A DNA stretch of 63,218 nucleotides, counting the filler, from Octopus bimaculoides (taxonomy: Eukaryota): NCBI RefSeq assembly GCF_001194135.2. It is 7 parts of 7 records of this genome, joined end to end, with 100 filler letters (N's around TTAATTAATTAA, not from the genome) between each part and the next. Parts side by side here need not be neighbours in the genome. Positions count along the whole stretch, not along the records: positions 1 to 8,586 come from NC_069009.1; positions 8,687 to 13,846 come from NC_068987.1; 5 more parts are not named here. One strand, 5' to 3'. The position numbers were made by a program, and so were the translations under genes. Shown piece by piece: positions 1-11,670 of this stretch. Each line of letters begins with the position of its first letter. The first letter of the stretch is position 1. Below the pieces are notes generated by a model, which did not search any database, was not told the DNA's origin, and was given only the letters and a program-made list of their open reading frames with translations.

Positions 1-46
<46 letters not shown>
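1..46. repeat. (TA)n microsatellite
   Basis: Pure TA run at window start; many further (TA)n, (CA)n, (GA)n and (GATA)n runs flank the N gaps and are not all listed. Confidence 0.98.
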
Positions 47-48
<2 letters not shown>

Positions 49-2118
49 TACAAATGGCAAATGGCAAATAAATGGTATGAATGATGGCATATAAATATTA
101 AGTTAATAGACCATTTTGGATAGAAGTATTCGGCGGTTGCCCGTGGGAAGGAATCCACATCTGTTCATCCCATCGATACAACGTGCTGTTTACCAACTGT
201 TACGATTTGTAGCGTTAGCATAACAGTACGGTCCCTGGCAGCGCTTACAAAATATGATTGCTTTAGTACTTAGAGACCGATGCGTGTATGTGTTGGCACG
301 TGTATTAGTGAGTGTGTGGAGTGTGTGTGAGGAGTGAGTAATCTGTAGGTTAGTTCATATATGTTCCGAATGACGTAAATTCAGAACGACTGTTTAAATA
401 AACTCACTGGTGGAATCACGGGTTTCTCTCGGCAGGAAAACGTCAGTACAGCTTGAACCTGACAAACATGAAAGCAGCTCTCTCTCACCATCTACTTCTT
501 TCTCTTTCTTCCTCTCTCTCTCTCACTCACTCACTCTCTCTCTCTCTCTCTCTCTCTTCATAAGATGAGCAGCTGAAGACTCTCTTATAAATCTTATAAA
601 TCGGCAGTAAGTAGGTAAGCAGGCAAACAACACATGCTGCTTCTGGGCTNNNNNNNNNNNNNNNNNNNNNNNNNNNNNNNNNNNNNNNNNNNNNNNNNNN
701 NNNNNNNNNNNNNNNNNNNNNNNNNNNNNNNNNNNNNNNNNNNNNNNNNNNNNNNNNNNNNNNNNNNNNNNNNNNNNNNNNNNNNNNNNNNNNNNNNNNN
801 NNNNNNNNNNNNNNNNNNNNNNNNNNNNNNNNNNNNNNNNNNNNNNNNNNNNNNNNNNNNNNNNNNNNNNNNNNNNNNNNNNNNNNNNNNNNNNNNNNNN
901 NNNNNNNNNNNNNNNNNNNNNNNNNNNNNNNNNNNNNNNNNNNNNNNNNNNNNNNNNNNNNNNNNNNNNNNNNNNNNNNNNNNNNNNNNNNNNNNNNNNN
1001 NNNNNNNNNNNNNNNNNNNNNNNNNNNNNNNNNNNNNNNNNNNNNNNNNNNNNNNNNNNNNNNNNNNNNNNNNNNNNNNNNNNNNNNNNNNNNNNNNNNN
1101 NNNNNNNNNNNNNNNNNNNNNNNNNNNNNNNNNNNNNNNNNNNNNNNNNNNNNNNNNNNNNNNNNNNNNNNNNNNNNNNNNNNNNNNNNNNNNNNNNNNN
1201 NNNNNNNNNNNNNNNNNNNNNNNNNNNNNNNNNNNNNNNNNNNNNNNNNNNNNNNNNNNNNNNNNNNNNNNNNNNNNNNNNNNNNNNNNNNNNNNNNNNN
1301 NNNNNNNNNNNNNNNNNNNNNNNNNNNNNNNNNNNNNNNNNNNNNNNNNNNNNNNNNNNNNNNNNNNNNNNNNNNNNNNNNNNNNNNNNNNNNNNNNNNN
1401 NNNNNNNNNNNNNNNNNNNNNNNNNNNNNNNNNNNNNNNNNNNNNNNNNNNNNNNNNNNNNNNNNNNNNNNNNNNNNNNNNNNNNNNNNNNNNNNNNNNN
1501 NNNNNNNNNNNNNNNNNNNNNNNNNNNNNNNNNNNNNNNNNNNNNNNNNNNNNNNNNNNNNNNNNNNNNNNNNNNNNNNNNNNNNNNNNNNNNNNNNNNN
1601 NNNNNNNNNNNNNNNNNNNNNNNNNNNNNTGTGTGTGTGTGTGTTCTTTGAGTTTTTTTCATGTTCTTTTTGGACAGAGTTCAAGCCGGTCGTTCACAAA
1701 GCGACGAGACATTTTGAGTTAAAAGAGTTCCCGGTGTTTGTAAATTTGTGGTTGAGTTGCTGTCTTGGTTGAACTCAAGTGTGTGCATCTATTCACCCAA
1801 AGAATTTCAGATGAAGACTTTTTGAAATATCTTACATATCTTCACTGTGCCACTAATAGATTAGATTTCGGAGTATCTGCGACAGTTTCCTTTGCTCTTT
1901 CCCCGTGAATCCGAGGTTTTCTATGTTTTTTTTTGTGTGTGCAAATTTGTTGGTACATAATCTAATGCACTTACGATCACAAGTAGAAATGTATGTATAT
2001 ATATATGTATGTACTTCAACTTCTAATTAGTTTCAGCTCGATAACTGTAGCCATGCTAGCGCAAGGCCATTCAATATATATGTATATATGTATGTATATA
2101 CAGTACATCTATCAGACG

Positions 2119-2159
2119 GGGCTTGATGACTGCCATGAGGCAGGAAAGTATACTAGTTC
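2119..2159 (+). ncRNA. Minimal type-I hammerhead-like motif with C3U change
   Basis: GGGC-TTGATGA-CTGCC[ATGA]GGCAG-GAAA-GTATAC-TA-GTTC: perfect 5-bp stem II, palindromic stem III AGTATACT, CUA cleavage triplet, stem I GGGC/GTTC with two G-U pairs. Confidence 0.55.
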
Positions 2160-2543
2160 TTATATATTTTATACTCTATATTTAATACTCAATATTTCAT
2201 ATATTCAATAAGACGTTCAATACTTCATTTCATTTTACTATTTATATTATATATTCCATATTCTATATCCCACATTAATTTTATAAGAATATAAATAAAA
2301 CATAAAAACAGACAGAGTTGGAACTCTTTTAAATAATATATATATATATATATATATATTAGTAAAATATATATGCATATATATTAAAACATCAAAGATA
2401 AAACGCAAGACAATAACAATAGAATAATTAACAATATGTAAAAAGGATAGACTTACTTGTGTATACTTTTATATATATATAAGTGTGTTTTTACACACAC
2501 ACACATATATATATGGGTATATGTGAGTCTTCGTATATGCACC

Positions 2544-2613
<70 letters not shown>

Positions 2614-2719
2614 AAATTCCTAGTTGTTGACGATGGTGATTATTATTATTATTATTTTTAATTATAATAATAATGTTAATATTAATATCTCTCTTGTTAA
2701 TGATAATAATTGTATTTCA

Positions 2720-3500
2720 ACGGGTAAAAATTCCGGGTAGTGTAACGTAAATGTTGTAAGTGGTTGAGAATTCGAAGAAGAAGAAAAAAGGCGATGGATT
2801 GAGCAAAATGGCGGCTATGAAAATTTAAGAACGAAGACTGACCAAACAGACGACTCGATTCGGGTGACGGACTAACGCAAAATATGTATCGATTGTCCTA
2901 GAAATAAAGATATCTAGAACGAGAACGAGGTGTCGATTCAAAATCACCTACAACAACAGCAGCAGCAGTAGTAGTAGTAGTAGTTATTGTTGTAGAGGAA
3001 GAAAAGAAGGAGGAGGAGGAGGAGGAGGAATTGGAAAAAGAAGGAGAAGAAGAAGGAGAATAATAATAAGAAGAAGAAAAAAAGGAGAAGAAGGAGGAGG
3101 GGAGGAATTTGGAAGAAGAAGAAGAAGAAGAAGAAGAAAAAGAAGAAGAAGAAGAAAGGAGAATAATAATAATAATAAGAAGAAGAAGAAGAAGAAGGAG
3201 AAGAAGAAGAAGACGAAGAAGAAGTTTCAAGGATCAAAGAGAACAAGTAGGATATCACTTAGAAGAATGAAGAAAGGATTTGCAAGAATTTTGGCGCGAT
3301 GTAAGTGATGATAATCAAAATAGGGAGCTAAAATAAATCTGGGGATCTAAGGGGTCTTAGTTATTGGAACAATGCTAAATTACTAAATTACTCGACTTTT
3401 CGCATAATTTTGCGTTTTTCGACGACGGTTGCTTTGTTGTATTTTTCTTCTTTGGCAAATCCCTGTTTGAACAATATGGCGAGGAAAGAAATCCATTTGG
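2720..3500 (+). promoter_or_regulatory. Candidate CpG-rich promoter/5'UTR region with YY1-like motifs
   Basis: CpG-rich stretches flank a purine repeat; AAAATGGCGGC at about 2805 and AATATGGCG at about 3473 match the YY1 core; GTAAGT donor-like site at 3301. Confidence 0.3.
2955..3225. repeat. Compound trinucleotide repeat (CAG/TAG/GAG/GAA/TAA)
   Basis: Direct reading; produces the low-complexity ORFs 2898..3230 and 2944..3258. Confidence 0.95.
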
Positions 3501-4451
3501 TTTGGGAAAAGAAAGAAAAAAGACAAAAACAACAAACAAAGTTGTTTTCATTTTCTTTCGGCTGTTCCTTCTTTCTTTCTTTCTTTGTTTTTCTTTTTTC
3601 TTTTCTGTTTTTTTTTTTGCAATTGTTTGTTTGTTTGTTTCTTTGCTTTATTTTTACTTGGATCACAACTTTGCACAACACCTGCTTAAGTTTCGATCCA
3701 GTATCAATAACGCTACTGCTGCTGCCACCACCACTGTTTATTCTNNNNNNNNNNNNNNNNNNNNNNNNNNNNNNNNNNNNNNNNNNNNNNNNNNNNNNNN
3801 NNNNNNNNNNNNNNNNNNNNNNNNNNNNNNNNNNNNNNNNNNNNNNNNNNNNNNNNNNNNNNNNNNNNNNNNNNNNNNNNNNNNNNNNNNNNNNNNNNNN
3901 NNNNNNNNNNNNNNNNNNNNNNNNNNNNNNNNNNNNNNNNNNNNNNNNNNNNNNNNNNNNNNNNNNNNNNNNNNNNNNNNNNNNNNNNNNNNNNNNNNNN
4001 NNNNNNNNNNNNNNNNNNNNNNNNNNNNNNNNNNNNNNNNNNNNNNNNNNNNNNNNNNNNNNNNNNNNNNNNNNNNNNNNNNNNNNNNNNNNNNNNNNNN
4101 NNNNNNNNNNNNNNNNNNNNNNNNNNNNNNNNNNNNNNNNNNNNNNNNNNNNNNNNNNNNNNNNNNNNNNNNNNNNNNNNNNNNNNNNNNNNNNNNNNNN
4201 NNNNNNNNNNNNNNNNNNNNNNNNNNNNNNNNNNNNNNNNNNNNNNNNNNNNNNNNNNNNNNNNNNNNNNNNNNNNNNNNNNNNNNNNNNNNNNNNNNNN
4301 NNNNNNNNNNNNNNNNNNNNNNNNNNNNNNNNNNNNNNNNNNNNNNNNNNNNNNNNNNNNNNNNNNNNNNNNNNNNNNNNNNNNNNNNNNNNNNNNNNNN
4401 NNNNNNNNNNNNNNNNNNNNNNNNNNGTCCGTGAACTAAATTCAAAATTTC

Positions 4452-4483
<32 letters not shown>

Positions 4484-4486
<3 letters not shown>

Positions 4487-4906
4487 CACAGGTATGGCTG
4501 TGTGGTAAGTAGCTTGCTTACCAACCACATGGTTCTGAGTTCATTCCCACTGCGTGGCACCTTGGGCAAGTGTCTTCTACTATAGCCTCGAGTCGACCAA
4601 AGCCTTGTGAGTGGATTTGGTAGACGGAAACTGTGTATTCATATGTGTGTGTGTGTATTTATGTGTGTGTGTGTATTTATGTGTGTGTGTGTATTTGTGT
4701 GTGTGTGTGTTTGTCACCCGCACCATCGCTTGACAACCGATGTTGGTGTGTTTATGTCCTTTAAAACTTAGCGGTTCAGCAAAAAAGACCGATAGAATAA
4801 GTACCAGGCTTACAAAGAATAAGTCCTGGGGGGTCGATTTTGCTCGACAAAAGGCGGTGCCCCAGCATGGCCACAGTCAAATGACAAACAAGTAAAAGAA
4901 TAAAAG
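4484..4906 (+). mobile_element. tRNA-derived SINE, family A, full length
   Basis: Head AGGCACAGG-TGGCTGTGTGG (A box) and GAGTTCATTCCC (B-box-like), internal (TG)n, tail ending AAGTAAAAGA; same sequence recurs more than 10 times in the window. Confidence 0.9.
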
Positions 4907-4923
4907 TATGAAAGAATACACAC

Positions 4924-5014
4924 ACTCGAGTCGATTTGTTCGACTGAAATATCCTTCAAGGCAGTGCCCCAGCATGGCAGCAGTCTAATGACTGAAACAA
5001 GTAAAAGATAAAAG
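4924..5014 (+). mobile_element. SINE family A 3' fragment
   Basis: GTCGATTTGTTCGACT...CCAGCATGGC...AATGACTGAAACAAGTAAAAGA matches the tail of the 4484 copy. Confidence 0.8.
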
Positions 5015-5142
5015 ATGCTATCACTGCCTCTGTCGCTGATATATATGTCTTTTAAAGAAGCTTACTGCCTCATCGCAACACCAGCATCCGTTCTGGCACT
5101 GTTTGGACAAACGTATCCGACTGGCTTAAAACCGGTCCTGCT

Positions 5143-5218
5143 CAGAATGGCGGAAAGTTGGACGAAATGCCGCTAAGCACTTTTCTCGGCGCTCTACCGA
5201 TTTAGCCAGCTCACCGCA
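5143..5218 (-). mobile_element. SINE family B 5' fragment
   Basis: Reverse complement of the GGCGGTGAGCTGGC...GCTTAGCGG head seen at 5263. Confidence 0.8.
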
Positions 5219-5262
5219 TTCACAATATTAACTAATATTCTAGTAATGTTAACGGCTATATA

Positions 5263-5476
5263 AGGCGGTGAGCTGGCAGAATCGTTAGCACGCCGGGCGA
5301 AATGCTTAGCGGTATTTCGTCCATCTTTGCGTTCTGAGTTCAAATAACGCCGTAGTCGACTTTGCCTTTCATCCTTTCGGGGTTGATAAAATAAGTACCA
5401 GTCGAGTACTGAGGTCGATGTAATCGATTTGTACCCTCCCCCAAAATTTCAGGCCTTGTGCCTTTAATAGAAAGGA
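5263..5476 (+). mobile_element. tRNA-derived SINE, family B, full length
   Basis: GGCGGTGAGCTGGCAGAATCGTTAGC head, GAGTTCAAAT B-box-like motif, GTCGACTTTGCCTTTCATCCTTTCGGGG core; recurs several times in the window. Confidence 0.9.
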
Positions 5477-5481
5477 ATATT

Positions 5482-5700
5482 AGGGGCTAGAGTCGATGTT
5501 GTTGCTTGGCCCCAAGTCAGTCCTTATTCAGCAGACCTATTGATGAAAGACATTCCAACAATGACCACCTTGCCGTACAAGAAACCTACAATCACATTAT
5601 CCAATATGTTCTTTCTTAAGACGGTTGGTTGTGATCTGAGGGAAATTTGGCTGCTATTTCTTGCAGGTCGAGCAACCGCGTAGAGGTCCTCGTTAGCTGA
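5482..5700 (+). repeat. Interspersed repeat (family D)
   Basis: TGATCTGAGGGAAATTTGGCTGCTATTTCT... is similar to the reverse complement of about 39640-39800. Confidence 0.55.
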
Positions 5701-5952
5701 GCAGTGAGCGGAAGTGGCGTTAGCCACCTGGTCGTAGAAGTAACGCAAATAAACACCCCACCCAAAATTATTTTTAAAATAATCAAACTCACAGCTGGTA
5801 CTTTGGACTTAGATACGCTTGTACAATCGAAGACGCAAACGAAAAAAAATGTTAGAGACGCTAATTACATTGAAAAAAATAAACGTACTACAACCACCAC
5901 CACAACAACAATAACAACAACGGTACCCCCACCATCACCAGTAACAACAGCA

Positions 5953-6733
5953 GCAGCTACACCAAGATTCTCTCAATTGCTAACTCGGCTCTCAATTCGA
6001 TTTGAGTCAGCTCAAAGAAAAGGAGAAGGCGTGGATGAGGTATGTTACAAAAGCTAGTGCATCTTTGCCCGAAACATGAAGGGAGAAAAAGGTGATGTAT
6101 CTCCCTTTTCCTTCTTCTTCCAGAAAGTTGAAGTCTTAGAAAGAGATTCTGGAGTATGCCCTGTCTGATGTGTGACAAGATGCGTGTCTTGACCGACAGG
6201 AGAAGGTATATGGAGGCGTTTGCTTCATTGTAAAACTACGAAGCAAACGGGCAAAGTATGCCTGATGTACCACATGCCTGCCCACAGATTAGTACCACAG
6301 TACGTAGCTCTAAAGAACACTGGGATCACGGTCAAAGATGTTGCCACAACATAGATCATTGGTTTGTCAAGTTTAATTAAAGCCTATAATGAGTACGGTT
6401 TCCATCTGTAGGACAGCGCTTTGCTACACAAACTCACATCCTGGACCGCATCCAAATATACAAATGGTGTAAAAACCATTTGCTGGTATGCCACGACGAT
6501 GCATATGTAGGAATAGATTCAAATATGAATTAGAAGCAACGCTAGCGTAGTAAGCATTTTCGATCACACATACTCACGTGTGTGCGCTGCTTGTTCGCAG
6601 CTACACCAAGATTCTCTCAATTGCTAACTTGGCTCTCAAGGAGTTATTCGATTTGAGTCAGCTCAAGAAAAAGAAGGCATGGATGAGGTATGTTACAAAA
6701 GCTAGTGCATCCTTGCCCGAAACATGAAGGGAG
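5953..6733. repeat. Two ~135-bp direct repeats (5953-6085, 6597-6733) around a 511-bp spacer
   Basis: GCAGCTACACCAAGATTCTCTCAATTGC...CCCGAAACATGAAGGGAG occurs twice with few substitutions and small indels. Confidence 0.9.
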
Positions 6734-6969
6734 TTGTGTGGTTTTTACACCATTTGTATATAGGCATCGATTGGCGATTCAGTTCGCCTCCAGTTTGGAT
6801 CAGGTACGTGATGTTGACAAGCCACAAAAATTGCGAAACATCGATGTCCATCGCTCCTGAATGGGATTTAAGGTGAGTTGTCTTGCCTGTCACAGCTTAA
6901 CGTCATTTCGTAAACAAGGACGACGTGCGAACGATTCTGCCATTTTGTTGCCTTGCACCAGTTAAATAT

Positions 6970-7140
6970 TGATTTCAAATTTTTGCACAGGGCCAGCAAG
7001 TTCAGGGCGGGGTAAATCGATTACATCGACCCCAATGTTTGACTGGTTCTTATGTCATCGACCCTAAAAGGATGAAAGGCAAAGTCGATCACGCTGGAAT
7101 TTGAATTTAGAACGTAAAAACGGACGAAATGCCGCTAAGC
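6970..7140 (-). mobile_element. SINE family B, 5'-truncated
   Basis: Reverse complement matches the body of the 5263 copy. Confidence 0.85.
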
Positions 7141-8110
7141 ATTTTCCTTATGCATTTTCCTTATCGTACCAGCTCGGTGCTTTCCAGCAGTGAAATATTG
7201 AGCGCAATGCAGTCGACTATCGCCAGCTCTGCTCACAAAATAAGCTTCTGGTCTTGTGTCTAAGTTAAATAAAACGTAGATGGTTATTGCAGGAGTAATG
7301 TAGATATTAAATCGGAGGAGAAGTCGGCAAACAAATGTGACAAACAGAAGAAAAAGTGAGGTCAAAAGGGTATCAGGGAAGCTAAAAAGATCCATAATGT
7401 AATATACATACATACATACATGCAAACATACATACACACATACATACATACATACATACATATACACATGCACACATACATACATGCACACATACATTTA
7501 GAGAGATTTGTTGTGTAAGGCCGGAACAATGCGCGCTATANNNNNNNNNNNNNNNNNNNNNNNNNNNNNNNNNNNNNNNNNNNNNNNNNNNNNNNNNNNN
7601 NNNNNNNNNNNNNNNNNNNNNNNNNNNNNNNNNNNNNNNNNNNNNNNNNNNNNNNNNNNNNNNNNNNNNNNNNNNNNNNNNNNNNNNNNNNNNNNNNNNN
7701 NNNNNNNNNNNNNNNNNNNNNNNNNNNNNNNNNNNNNNNNNNNNNNNNNNNNNNNNNNNNNNNNNNNNNNNNNNNNNNNNNNNNNNNNNNNNNNNNNNNN
7801 NNNNNNNNNNNNNNNNNNNNNNNNNNNNNNNNNNNNNNNNNNNNNNNNNNNNNNNNNNNNNNNNNNNNNNNNNNNNNNNNNNNNNNNNNNNNNNNNNNNN
7901 NNNNNNNNNNNNNNNNNNNNNNNNNNNNNNNNNNNNNNNNNNNNNNNNNNNNNNNNNNNNNNNNNNNNNNNNNNNNNNNNNNNNNNNNNNNNNNNNNNNN
8001 NNNNNNNNNNNNNNNNNNNNNNNNNNNNNNNNNNNNNNNNNNNNNNAGAGAGGGGGTGAGATAAAGGGCAAGACAAGATAAATGTAAGTATGTACGTAAA
8101 GGTAGGTAGG

Positions 8111-8141
<31 letters not shown>

Positions 8142-8731
8142 ACAGACAGACTGACAGGTGGACAGCCAGGCTGATTGATAGATACAGAGTGTGACAGAGA
8201 GAGAGGGAAGGAGTGTGAGTGAGAGTGAGAGAGCATAAATCAATATCGCTATTAGTCCGTTAAGTTAACAGCTGTGGCTTGAAAATGACACTTATCTTGT
8301 CTGTTTGTCAGTCTTTGTCAGCCTGTCTCTTACGTTACGTGCTGTGTGCGCCTGCGCGCTGTATGCGTACGTGTGTGCTGTGAAATAACTAAGAAGTTTT
8401 CTTCGCAATCATCGGCTCCTCAGGTTCGATCCCACTGCTGGGCAGACACTTCCGGTAAAGGTTTCTTCGACTCAGCTCAAAAGGAAATTGTGTGGAATCC
8501 CTTGTGAAGTATTGCACCTTTAATTAAAACTTCAGAACCTAATGCCATCCTGTATCACGCTTCGTTAAACACTCTGTCTCCCATCGNNNNNNNNNNNNNN
8601 NNNNNNNNNNNNNNNNNNNNNNNNNNNNNNTTAATTAATTAANNNNNNNNNNNNNNNNNNNNNNNNNNNNNNNNNNNNNNNNNNNNGTGTGGATGTATGT
8701 ATGTATGTATGTATATATGTATGAATCTATA

Positions 8732-9612
8732 CAGGGTGAGATGACTATATTGTCATCTAAATTACACAAAAAGGAAAATAACACTGACATCTCAATTTAA
8801 CAGGTAGATTTACCAGAATTACATCAAAATATCTTGAAATACTAAAGAGTGCATTTATTCAATAAAATTGCCATTGGCTTCAAGCACGGCCTTCAGACGA
8901 TTTAGGAATCTTCTGCAGCTCTTCTGGACGGTCCTTTGTTTAAGTTAGTGGAAGCTGCCATAATCCTTGCCGACAGCTCGTCTTTGATGTTGCAGGGGAC
9001 GTTGTTGCTCTCTCGCTCAATTGTGCCCCACACATAATAATCAAGGAGGTTACAGTGTGGGGAGTTAGATTGCCAGATGTTAGGGGTGATGTGGCCGCAG
9101 AAATTGTCTGACAACCATCACTGGATTCTACTGCTTGTGTGGCATGGTACAGAGTCCTGTTGCCAGGTGTAGGATCTTTCAGCAACTACCCTCTTGACAC
9201 ACGCCAGCACTACCTCCTCCAGATATTTGAGGTAGGCCTCCGTGTTGAGTCCGAGGCTGTGTGGGAAAATGAACAGAGGCATAACGTTGCCATCACAAGT
9301 GATCTCTCCAAACATCATGATGTTGACTGAATGTTTCACTTTTATCACTCTTGGTACATGTCCTCAGATTGCCCTGTCCTCACATTGACACCCAAACACT
9401 CTGAAATGTACGTATTGGAGCTTCCGGCGCAAATGCCAAGTAGTACAGCATGTTGTTTTCAAATTTCTGGTAGAGTGAATTGCGTCATGGTGCTGTTCTC
9501 ACAGGCGGTGCCCATCTGACCCTACTCTACTTTGTAGTCGGCAAAATCAAAAACAATGTGCATGCGCAAAATTGAAAATTTCAAATGGCGACAATTTACT
9601 CATCACACTCTG
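8732..9612 (-). mobile_element. Internally deleted Tc1/mariner element, DD37D (maT) type
   Basis: Imperfect TIRs CAGGGTGAGATGACTATATTGTC / CAGAGTGTGATGAGTAAATTGTC, TA on the left. Minus-strand WQQDSVPCH...SPHCNLLDYYVWG has 37 residues between the 2nd and 3rd Asp with one in-frame stop. The HTH start MTQFTLPEI is joined directly to the region after the first Asp. Confidence 0.9.
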
Positions 9613-10830
9613 TGTGTGTGTGTGTGTGTNNNNNNNNNNNNNNNNNNNNNNNNNNNNNNNNNNNNNNNNNNNNNNNNNNNNNNNNNNNNNNNNNNNNNNN
9701 NNNNNNNNNNNNNNNNNNNNNNNNNNNNNNNNNNNNNNNNNNNNNNNNNNNNNNNNNNNNNNNNNNNNNNNNNNNNNNNNNNNNNNNNNNNNNNNNNNNN
9801 NNNNNNNNNNNNNNNNNNNNNNNNNNNNNNNNNNNNNNNNNNNNNNNNNNNNNNNNNNNNNNNNNNNNNNNNNNNNNNNNNNNNNNNNNNNNNNNNNNNN
9901 NNNNNNNNNNNNNNNNNNNNNNNNNNNNNNNNNNNNNNNNNNNNNNNNNNNNNNNNNNNNNNNNNNNNNNNNNNNNNNNNNNNNNNNNNNNNNNNNNNNN
10001 NNNNNNNNNNNNNNNNNNNNNNNNNNNNNNNNNNNNNNNNNNNNNNNNNNNNNNNNNNNNNNNNNNNNNNNNNNNNNNNNNNNNNNNNNNNNNNNNNNNN
10101 NNNNNNNNNNNNNNNNNNNNNNNNNNNNNNNNNNNNNNNNNNNNNNNNNNNNNNNNNNNNNNNNNNNNNNNNNNTGTTGGCCGTGTGCCTAAATTAGAAA
10201 CAATTCTTAGTCGATTCGTGTTATGCAACCAATTTATAGGCAATAATGTCACTTTTAGAGGTGGTAACATTTCAGCTGTTTAAACTGTGAACATAAAAGT
10301 TTCAGAATCTGAGGTTAATAACTAACGAAATATTTACAGAAAACGTCTTGTTTGTTTAGATTTTTAGCTTTTTGCTGTTTTTTTGTTTGTTTGTTTTTGT
10401 TTTTTACTTTGGTGTCTTTTAGTCACTAATTTTATGTTAGAACCTGATTTGGTAATAAAATGATATATAGACCAAGTGTAAATGGACATATTCATTGAAG
10501 ATCCAGGAACGTAAATATCGGATAATAATTATTTTGCTGACAAACAATGACGTGAATAACCGATTGAACTGACTAGATGTTTCTTTTATCAATAACGGAA
10601 GGATGAAAGATGAAGTACGTTTATTACTTTGTTACAATGTCATAAATGTAGTTTTACAGTTAGTTAGAGTTAAATGAATTTATTTATTTATTTATTTACA
10701 GTATTCCTCGTCCCCATCTCTGAAACAAAGTTCGGAGTAGTTTTACAGTTAGTTTGAGTTCAGCAAATTTAATTACAGTACTCCACTTATTGATCTCTGA
10801 CTATTGAAAAAAGTTTGGCGATGTAGTATT

Positions 10831-11049
10831 CTTTTACTCTTTTACTCTTTTACCTGTTTCAGTCATTTGACTGTGGCCATGCTGGAGCACCGCCTTCAGT
10901 CGAGCAAATCGACCCCAGGACTTATTCTTTGTAAGACTAGTACTTATTCTATCAGTCTTTTGCCAAGTCGCTAAGTTACGGGGACGTAAACACACCAGCA
11001 TCGGTTGTCAAGCAATGTTGGGGGGGCAAACACAGACACACACACGTAT

Positions 11050-11060
<11 letters not shown>
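10831..11060 (-). mobile_element. SINE family A 3' half (runs into gap)
   Basis: Reverse complement of the family A tail; CpGs retained. Confidence 0.9.
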
Positions 11061-11080
<20 letters not shown>

Positions 11081-11670
11081 NNNNNNNNNNNNNNNNNNNN
11101 NNNNNNNNNNNNNNNNNNNNNNNNNNNNNNNNNNNNNNNNNNNNNNNNNNNNNNNNNNNNNNNNNNNNNNNNNNNNNNNNNNNNNNNNNNNNNNNNNNNN
11201 NNNNNNNNNNNNNNNNNNNNNNNNNNNNNNNNNNNNNNNNNNNNNNNNNNNNNNNNNNNNNNNNNNNNNNNNNNNNNNNNNNNNNNNNNNNNNNNNNNNN
11301 NNNNNNNNNNNNNNNNNNNNNNNNNNNNNNNNNNNNNNNNNNNNNNNNNNNNNNNNNNNNNNNNNNNNNNNNNNNNNNNNNNNNNNNNNNNNNNNNNNNN
11401 NNNNNNNNNNNNNNNNNNNNNNNNNNNNNNNNNNNNNNNNNNNNNNNNNNNNNNNNNNNNNNNNNNNNNNNNNNNNNNNNNNNNNNNNNNNNNNNNNNNN
11501 NNNNNNNNNNNNNNNNNNNNNNNNNNNNNNNNNNNNNNNNNNNNNNNNNNNNNNNNNNNNNNNNNNNNNNNNNNNNNNNNNNNNNNNNNNNNNNNNNNNN
11601 NNNNNNNNNNNNNNNNNNNNNNNNNNNNNNNNNNNNNNNNNNNNNNNNNNNNNNNNNNNNNNNNNNNNNN

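Noticed and set aside
523-4585. Long ORFs full of X (and all similar ones through the window)
   Set aside because: They are open only because they run through N gaps.
8631-8642. TTAATTAATTAA flanked by 44 N on each side (also 13891, 28489, 34239, 50849, 61867)
   Set aside because: Identical 100-bp construct with stops in all frames: an assembly spacer for unsized gaps, not biology. Order and distance across these points are uncertain.
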